Shown here: positions 55,555 to 64,000 of the stretch, piece after piece
Layout: each line of letters begins with the position of its first letter
Numbering within the stretch: the stretch's first letter is position 1
Assembly: GCA_002269645.1 (NCBI GenBank)
Contig: NIVC01003335.1
Location: 39,647-103,646 of the forward strand
Origin: Macrostomum lignano
Taxonomy: Eukaryota
Reading direction: 5' to 3'
DNA: 64,000 nucleotides
The notes under the pieces: generated by a model
What the model was told of the DNA's origin: nothing
What the model saw: only the letters and a program-made list of their open reading frames with translations
The model's database searches: none
Translations under genes and position numbers: made by a program

Positions 55555-58500
55555 CCATTAGGTCTGCTGTCTAATGTCTGTGTTACAGATGTTTCTACAT
55601 ATATACGCGTAATGCCTCTCTGTCTGTGGAGGTCTGCCTACACACGAATCAAATATCGAAGTCCAATTGTTTGCAAATTCTTAAACAGCGCCGCCTCCCC
55701 TCCCAACCGCAGGTTCCCTTCCTATTCAAGTACGCAGTGGACGCAGTCAATGACGCCAACGCGGCCATAGGTTCCGCTGTAGGCGATGGTGCACCTGTTG
55801 TGGCCGCCGCGTTGTTCTCAGTTACTGGCCTTATCGCGTCCTACGGCGTTGCCAGGGCAACCGCTAGCGGTTTTAACGAACTCCGTAATGCGGTATTCGC
55901 CCGCGTTGCTCAGGACTCGATTCGCCGTGTAGCCAAAACTGTATTCCTGCACCTGCACAGCCTTGATTTGCAGTTTCATCTGAATAGGCAGACTGGGGCT
56001 CTGTCCAGGGCTATTGACCGGGGCACCAGGTGAGAATCGCTCCACACCATGAGAATCGCCCCACATCAAGAGACCCCACACCATGAGAATCGCCCCACAT
56101 CAAGCGACCCCACACCATGAGAATTGCCCCACATCAAGAGACCCCACACCATGAGAATCGCCCCACACCATGAGAATCGCCCCACACCATGAGAATCGCC
56201 CCCATTAAGAAACCCCACACCATGAGAATCGCCCCACACATCAAGAAACCCAACACCATGAGAATCCCTCCACGCATCAAGAAACCCCACACCATGAGTA
56301 TCGCCCCACACCATGAGAATCGCCCCACATCAAGAGACCCCACACCATGAGAATCGCCCCACATCAAGAGACCCCACACCATGAGAATCGCCCCACATCA
56401 AGAGACCCCACACCATGAGATTCGCCCCCCATCAAGAAACCCCACACCATGAGATTCGCCCCCCATCAAGAAACCCCACACCATGAGATTCGCCCCCATC
56501 AAGAAACCCCACACCATGAGATTCGCCCCCATCAAGAAACCCCACACCATGAGATTCGCCCCCCATCAAGAAACCCCACACCATGAGATTCGCCCCCATC
56601 AAGAAACCCCACACCATGAGAGTTGTCCCCCATTAAGAAACCCTGGGGTTGTAGCCTAGTGGTTAAAGCGTCGCACCCACGACTTGAAGGTCGGGGGTTC
56701 GATTCCCGATCCAACTGTAACAATTTGTGTCCTTGAGCAAGACACTTAACTCTGCATTGCTTCAGTTCACCCAGCTGTAAAATGGGTGCCAGCATTAGCT
56801 GGGGCAATTGAGGCTGTGTGTGGTGACCCCCCAGTCCTTGGACTGAACAGCCGTACGCAGCCTTCAGATGCGCGGTGCAATAGCTGCGGCTGAGCTGTCG
56901 GTTGCACATCTGGCCCAATTGGGGCAGGTGTAATCAATTATTAATATTATAAATAAACCCCACACCATGAGAATCGCCAATCACACAACCCCGCAGAGGC
57001 ATCAACTACATACTAAATGCAATAGTATTTAACGTGGCGCCAACCGCCCTGGAGGTGTCCCTAGTAACCGGCATTCTGTGGTACAAGTGCGGCCCAGCCT
57101 ACGCCTGGGTGGCCATCGCCAGCATCGCCTCCTACGCGGCTTTCACATTCAGCTTCACCCAATGGCGCACGAAATTTCGTCAGCAGATGAACAAGGCGGA
57201 TAATTTGGCTGGCAATCACGCTATTGATTCGTTAATTAATTATGAGACTGTTAAGTATTTTAATAATGAGCGCTTTGAGGCCGACGAATACGACCGATTG
57301 TTAAAGGTAAGTCTTTATTGGTTGGCAGCTAGTTCTACCTGGGGAGATAGACTTGCAGCCATATCTACTCAGGTAGACAGACTCACAGCCATATCTACTC
57401 AGGTAGACAGACTCACAGCCATATCTACTCAGGTAGATAGATAGACTCGCAGCCATATCTACTCAGGTAGACAGACTCACAGCCATATCTACTCAGGTAG
57501 ACAGACTCACAGCCATATCTACTCAGGTAGACAGACTCACAGCCATATCTACTCAGGTAGACAGACTCACAGCCATATCTACTCAGGTAGATAGACAGAC
57601 TCACAGCCATATCTACTCAGGTAGATAGACAGACTCACAGCCATATCTACTCAGGTAGACAGACTCACAGCCATATCTACTCAGGTAGACAGACTCACAG
57701 CCATATCTACTCATGTAGACAGACTCACAGCCATATCTACTCAGGTAGATAGATAGACTCGCAGCCATATCTACTCAGGTAGACAGACTCACAGCCATAT
57801 CTACTCAGGTAGACAGACTCACAGCCATATCTACTACAGCCATATCTACTCAGGTAGACAGACTCACAGCCATATCTACTCATGTAGACAGACTCACAGC
57901 CATATCTACTCATGTAGACAGACTCACAGCCATATCTACCCAGTCCCGTCATGGATCACCAATCCAAATGCCATATCCGCAGGACTACGAACGCGCATCG
58001 CTCCGCATTCAGACCAGCCTAGCGGCGCTGAACTGGGGCCAGAGCGCCATATTCAGCGCCGGATTAACAGCTGTAATGCTACTAGCGGCCAACGACATAG
58101 CAGCCGGCAGTCTGACAATAGGCGATCTGGTTATGGTTAACGGCCTATTGTTTCAATTAACAATACCATTGAACTTTCTTGGCTCAGTTTATCGGGATAT
58201 GCGCCAAGCTTTAGTTGATATGCACGCCATGTTCAGCCTGTTGCAATTGCGCGGCCAGTCTGATTATGATGCTGCAGATGAGGCTAAGCCGAAACTGAAT
58301 GCCAGGCCAGATCGAGCCGAAGTGGAATTTCGCGATGTTAACTTTGGCTACGTTCCGGGTAGTGACATTTTATCCGGCTTGAGCTTCACTGTGCCCTCCG
58401 GCAAGAAGGTGGCTTTAGTTGGCGGCAGTGGTAGCGGCAAGTCAACTATAGTGCGACTATTGTACCGCTTCTTTGAGGCCCAATCGGGTTCTATTCTCAT

Positions 58501-58682
58501 TAATGGTGTGGACATTCGGCAGGCTAGTTTGGGCGAGCTGCGCAAAGCTGTTTCTATTATACCGCAGGTAAAATATTCTAGGGGTATTCGGAATTGCAGT
58601 AGTAGTAGTTAGAAGTAGTAGTAGTTACTAGTAGTAGTAGTAGTAGTTAGTAGTAGTAGTAGTTACTAGTAGTAGTAGTAGT

Positions 58683-58728
<46 letters not shown>

Positions 58729-58852
58729 TAGAAGTAGTAGTAGTTACTAGTAGTAGTAGTAGTTAGTAGTTACTATTAGTAGTAGTAGTAGTAGTAGTTA
58801 CTAGTAGTAGTAGTAGTAGTTAGTAGTAGTAGTAGTTAGTAGTAGTAGTAGT

Positions 58853-58907
<55 letters not shown>

Positions 58908-60192
58908 TAGAAGTAGTAGTAGTTACTAGTAGTAGTAGTAGTTAGTAGTTACTAGTAGTAGTAGTAGTAGTAGTTAGTGGTAGTAGTAGTAGTAGTAGTA
59001 GTGTTAGTAGTTGTAGTACTACTCGTAGTAGTAAGTAGTAGTAGTAAGTAGTTTAACACAATTTCCTAACACCCTTCACCTGACCTATCGACAACCCACC
59101 ACAGGACTGCGTGCTCTTTAACAACACCATTCGTCACAATATACACTACGGCGACCTCTCAGCCACACCCGAACAGGTGGAGGCCGCTGCCCGCCTAGCC
59201 GATCTTCACGATTCAATTATGCGAATGCCGAGACAGTACGATACTGTTGTTGGCGAGCGGGGACTCAAGCTTAGCGGTGGAGAGAAACAACGAGTAGCAA
59301 TTGCTAGAGCCGTGCTCAAACAGGCGCCTATCCTTATCTACGATGAGGCCACTTCGAGTCTGGATTCTATTACAGAGAAGAATATTCTTAGTAAGTCTGG
59401 TTTTTCTACTAGCTAAGTCTGTACTTCTCTCCAGTGTCTAAAAAGTTTCCTGGGGTGCCGACACACCTGAAGATGCTATGAGTAGCGGCACCCACTCCTA
59501 AAAAAGTGGCACCAACCCTGAAGAATCGGAGGGTAGCGACACCCACCACCCCTGAAGAATCGGAGGGTAGCGACACCCACCACCCCTGAAGAATCGTAGG
59601 GTAGCGACACCCACCACCCCTGAAGAATCGGAGGGTAGCGACACCCACCACCCCTGAAGAATCGGAGGGTAGCGACACCCACCCCTGTAGAATCGGGGGT
59701 AGCGACACCCACCCCTGTAGAATCGGGGGTAGCGACACCCACCACCCCTGTAGAATCGGGGGTAGCGACACCCACCACCCCTGTAGAATCGGGGTGGCGA
59801 CACCCATCCCTGAAGAATCGGAGGGTAGCGACACCCATCCCTGAAGAATCGGAGGGTAGCGACACCCATCCCTGAAGAATCGGAGGGTAGCGACACCCAT
59901 CCCTGAAGAATCGGTGACTGCAGTACAGTGCTGGCACTCAATCGCTTCAAGTTCGCTTCCAATGCCGCTAACTACATGCTAATTTTCAGACTCCCTAAAA
60001 GCCGCCTCCAGCGGTCGAACCTCAATCGTGATTGCGCACCGCCTGGCAACAGTGGTTGACAGCGATCTAATCCTGGTACTGCAGGGCGGTCGAGTTGTTG
60101 AGCAGGGCAACCACTACGAGCTCATAGCCCAGCCAGACAGCTTGTACAGTCATCTGTGGCGAGAGCAAAATAAAGGCGCTCAGGGATTTTGA
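54204..60192 (+). CDS. ABCB7: Mitochondrial ABC half-transporter ABCB7/ATM1; exons ~54204-54624, 55713-56029, 56997-57306, 57983-58567, 59105-59390, 59990-60192
   Basis: [46 protein letters not shown], Walker [10 protein letters not shown], signature [22 protein letters not shown]. The start requires a 1-nt frameshift at ~54216. Confidence 0.92.
54640..55560. repeat. SINE family 2 fragment (54640-54900) followed by (GTCT)n (54950-55550) in ABCB7 intron 1
   Basis: Shared motifs and direct periodicity. Confidence 0.8.
56030..56980. repeat. ~39-bp minisatellite (catgagaatcgccccacatcaagagaccccacac) interrupted by a family-1 SINE
   Basis: Tandem periodicity that begins at the splice donor. Confidence 0.9.
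56645..56950 (+). mobile_element. tRNA-derived SINE family 1, full length
   Basis: Same as the 15489 and 26925 copies. Confidence 0.9.
57350..57945. repeat. 30-bp minisatellite (cagccatatctactcaggtagacagactca) in ABCB7 intron 3
   Basis: Tandem periodicity. Confidence 0.95.
58598..59053. repeat. (AGT)n microsatellite
   Basis: Direct. Confidence 0.95.
59505..59915. repeat. ~31-34-bp minisatellite (cctgaagaatcggagggtagcgacacccaccacc)
   Basis: Tandem periodicity. Confidence 0.95.
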
Positions 60193-60595
60193 ACTACTAC
60201 TGTGTGCTAAACGCGATCAGTGCTACTTAATAGTAGCATAAATAGGGGAGCATTTTTAATTACGAAGTTGCCTTCCTTGACTGCCTTGCTTACATACTCA
60301 TTTGGCATCAAGTAGATTGTTAGTGCGCGATATAGATATATGATAACAAATCAATTTATTGTAGCCCTGGATATTCTTAATAAGTACGTAGTAGAATGTG
60401 TTCTGCATAAGCTAACTTGAATGCTTATTTTAGTAAATACATGTAGATGTTGTTTAAATTAACGTACGAAAAGTTATTGAATTGTTGAATTAGATTATGT
60501 AATGGCGTGTCTATTATTCTTATTAGTAAATAGTAAATGAGCCAAAAATGTTTTTGAAGTTTTTGTTTTCCAAATTTCTTTTATAATTTAGTGCA

Positions 60596-61012
60596 TAGGG
60601 CGATTCCCCAGGGGGGTAATTAGGGCAATTAATTGGGAAGTGGAGGCGATTCCCCAGGTGGGTAATTAAGGAGGGGGCTGATTCCCCAGATGGGTAATTA
60701 AGGAGGGGGGCGATTCCCCAGGTGGGTAATTAAGGAGGGGGGCGATTCCACTGGTGGGTAATTAAGGAGAGGGCGATTCCACTGGTGGGTAATTAAGGAG
60801 AGGGCGATTCCACTGGTGGGTAATTAAGGAGAGGGCGATTCCACTGGTGGGTAATTAAGGAGAGGGCGATTCCACTGGTGGGTAATTAAGGAGAGGGCGA
60901 TTCCCCAGGTGGGTAATTAAGGAGGGGGGCGATTCCCCAGGTGGGTAATTAAGGAGGGGGGCGATTCCACTGGAGGGTAATTAAGGAGAGGGCGATTCCA
61001 CTGGTGGGTAGT
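60596..61012. repeat. 31-bp minisatellite (gggcgattccactggtgggtaattaaggaga) upstream of CCDC43
   Basis: Tandem periodicity. Confidence 0.95.
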
Positions 61013-61100
61013 TGGAGGCGACAGAGGGGCACTAAAAATCTCAAATCTTCACAAATTTGTTTCCAGCGAGTTCCAACACCTTCAAGCAGCAGGAGCAGCA

Positions 61101-62424
61101 ATGTCGACAGCGGCGGTCGATGCCGACTCAGCTTCATCATCAACGGCGACATCATTCGCCGACTGGCTGGCTGACACCATCGCCCAGCTGGCTCCGACGG
61201 CCGCCGCCGCGCCGGATATTGACGCCGCCAGTTTAGTGGACTATTTGACCGGCGTCCTTGAAGCCGACGCCGCCAGCGGCGAAGATGCCGACGCTCAGCG
61301 CGACTCGGTCCGCGACATCGTCCAGGAGTTCGGCCTGCTGCCGCCCGCTGCCAGCGAGGCCGACGCCGAAGCTCTGGCTGGCCGGATTGTCCAGGCCTTC
61401 AATCGGGACGCTTCGGCATCTGCCGGCGCCGCTGCTGCCGCGTCTTCAGCTTCGGCCGAGCTGACCGCGGCTGAGGCGGAAGCGCTGGCTAAGGTTCGCG
61501 AGATGACCGTCAAGCAGCAGCCGCCGCCGCCGCTGCAGCAGCAGCAGGTCAAACAGTCGGATGAGAAGCAGATTATTTTGCAGGTGAGGCTGCGGCTGTC
61601 CCAACCTCGCAGATCCTCAGTTGCTGGGTCAGTCTCCCAGATCCTCAGTTGCTGGGCCAGCCTCCCAAATCCTCAGTTCCTCAGTTGCTGGACCAGCCTC
61701 CCAGATCCTCAGTTCCTCAGTTGCTGGGCCAGCCTCCCAGATCCTCAGTTCCTCAGTTGCTGGGCCAGCCTCCTAGATCCTTAGTTGCTGGGCCAGCCTC
61801 CTAGATCCTCAGTTGCTGGGTCAGTCTCCCAGATCCTCAGTTGCTGGGCCAGCCTCCCAAATCCTCAGTTCCTCAGTTGCTGGACCAGCCTCCCAGATCC
61901 TCAGTTCCTCAGTTGCTGGGCCAGCCTCCCAGATCCTCAGTTCCTCAGTTGCTGGGCCAGCCTCCCAGATCCTCAGTTCCTCAGTTGCTGGGCCAGCCTC
62001 CTAGATCCTTAGTTGCTGGGCCAGCCTCCTAGATCCTCAGTTGCTGGGCCAGCCTCCCTGATCCTCAGCTGCTGGGCCAGCCTCCCAGATCCCCAGGTGC
62101 TGACCCAGCCTCCTGGATATTTGACACTAGAAAATTCCCAAGTCATGCCCAACAAAGCGCCTTGAATCCGCTAATCCCCAGGCCTACGCTAACGTGTCGG
62201 ACAGTGACGGCGAGGTGGAGCTAGCGGCAGGCGACAAAGGCCCGGCCATCAACAATCGGGCGTCAAAGGAGAGCGAGGAGCGACTGAAACGGGAGCGAAT
62301 GAAGCTGGAGCATGCCAGCAAGGTGGAGAAAGACAAGGCCGACAGGGAGAAGCAGCGCGTCGCTAAAGAGACCAGAAAGGAGGCCGAGAAACGGCGAACG
62401 CAGAAGCAGGAGAGGCGAAAATGA
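61101..62424 (+). CDS. CCDC43: Coiled-coil domain-containing protein 43; exons 61101-61583 and 62182-62424
   Basis: N-terminal FADWL...DYLTGVL helical domain, ILQAYANVSD, and basic C-terminus EKDKADREKQRVAKETRKEAEKRRTQKQERRK resemble CCDC43; phase-0 GT-AG intron. Confidence 0.82.
61607..62110. repeat. Minisatellite (cagatcctcagttgctgggccagcctcc) in the CCDC43 intron
   Basis: Tandem periodicity; same family as 22157-22525. Confidence 0.95.
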
Positions 62425-62544
62425 TCATGGATCAATGCTGTACTTTCTAAGAATATATTTGGTTAAACATTTGCAGTATTTAGTCTTTCAAAGGGTTTTA
62501 AGTGGTTTATTTATTGTCGATTAAAAAAATTGAAGCTTGAGCTT

Positions 62545-62890
62545 TAAAACCGGAAGGGAATCGGTAATTAAAGTAATCGAAACCGGAAGTGAATCGATAA
62601 TTAAAGTAATCGAAACCGGAAGTGAATCGGTAATTAAAGTAATCGAAACCGGAAGTGAATCGATAATTAAAGTAATCGAAACCGGAAGTGAATCGATAAT
62701 TAAAGTAATCGAAACCGGAAGTGAATCGGTAATTAAAGTAATCGAAACCGGAAGTGAATCGGTAATTAAAGTAATCGAAACCGGAAGTGAATCGGTAAAT
62801 AAAGTAATCCAAACCAGAAGTGAATCGGTACTCAACTAATCTAAACCGGAAGTGAATCGGTACTCAACTAATCGAAACCGGAAGTGTATC
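62545..62890. repeat. 33-bp tandem array, each unit containing ACCGGAAGT
   Basis: Tandem periodicity. Confidence 0.95.
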
Positions 62891-63334
62891 GCCTTTGTTG
62901 TATTAATGTTACTGAAAAAGAACCAGAAAAATTAAAGTTACGATTGTAAAAGCGCTGCCAAGAATTTGCTTTTAACCAGCTTCGTGTCCCTCAATTATTT
63001 ACTTGAGTTCGCGCCGCCATAGTGAGCCTTATCTCTAAATTGGGTGACAGCTCATTATCTCAGTAACTCTAATTTGATATATTAATCAATTTAAATAATT
63101 TGGATTTTATCGATTCCTAAATTTGTGTCCGTTTATAACTTTAAGCCACTTTCAAGCATTTTTAGTGGCTCAGCTTTTTTTGTTTTCCTTTGTCTTCTGA
63201 TCTATTTGTAGCTTTCTTCCAGACCTGCTTGGCTCTTCAGATACCTGATCTGCGTGCTTAATCAATTGATTCATTTTGCTATTTCTATTTCATTTATTAC
63301 CTATATTCTGCTTCCAAAAGGTGTGCTTTGGTTT

Positions 63335-63900
63335 GCACATTGATAGTAATGTACACCACCTGCAGTAATGTACACCACATGTTTTGTACATTGGTAGTTA
63401 TGTACATTGTACATCAACTGCAGTAATGTACATCACCTGCTTTGTACATTGATAGTAATGTACATCACATGCTTTGTACATTGATAGTAATGTACATCAA
63501 ATGCTTTGTACATTGATAGTAATGTACATCACATGCTTTGTACATTGATAGTAATGTACATCACATGCTTTGTACATTGATAGTAATGTACATCACATGC
63601 TTTGTACATTGATAGTAATGTACATCACATGCTTTGTACATTGATAGTAATGTACATCACATGCTTTGTACATTGATAGTAATGTACATCTAATGCTTTG
63701 TACATTGATAGTAATGTACACCACATGTTTTGTACATTGGTAGTTATGTACATTGTACATCAACATCAACTGCAGTAATGTACACCATATGGTTTGTACA
63801 TTGATAGTAATGTACACCACGTGCAGTAATGTACATCACATGCTTTGTACATTGATAGTTTTGTGCATCGCATGCTTAATTGTACATTGATGGTTGTGTA
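63335..63900. repeat. 32-bp satellite (tgtacattgatagtaatgtacatcacatgctt)
   Basis: Tandem periodicity; two TGTACA palindromes per unit. Confidence 0.95.
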
Positions 63901-64000
63901 CACCAATGTGTACACTAAAAGTGCGAAACTTTCTAGCAGGCCAATCGCAAAGAATACGCAGATTTCCTAGGCTTCTATTGAAAAGTGAATTTCTCTATTT

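Overview
Eukaryotic (animal) genomic DNA with GC-rich spliced exons, introns packed with minisatellites, and AT-rich intergenic tracts. The style is consistent with a free-living flatworm such as Macrostomum, but that is inference only. Genes, in order: eEF2 (minus strand, 6 coding exons, one 1-nt frameshift in the last exon); a complete 11-exon DENND3-like gene (plus, head-to-head with eEF2); a GT7/beta-1,4-galactosyltransferase (minus); an intronless PAN/Apple + C-type lectin gene; a 2-exon orphan rich in Ala/Pro/Gln; ABCB7/ATM1; and CCDC43. The strongest feature not visible in the ORF track is that eEF2 is a snoRNA host gene. It carries three paralogous box C/D RNAs with the U31/SNORD31 (yeast snR67) guide for the LSU P-loop G, a fourth C/D RNA with a perfect 14-nt guide to another conserved LSU segment, and a weak H/ACA candidate. 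Also present are two tRNA-derived SINE families, TIR and foldback elements, Gypsy and possible Penelope relics, and many intronic tandem arrays, two of which are built from repeated YAG|GT splice-junction-like units. Most long ORFs in the track are read-throughs of tandem repeats.
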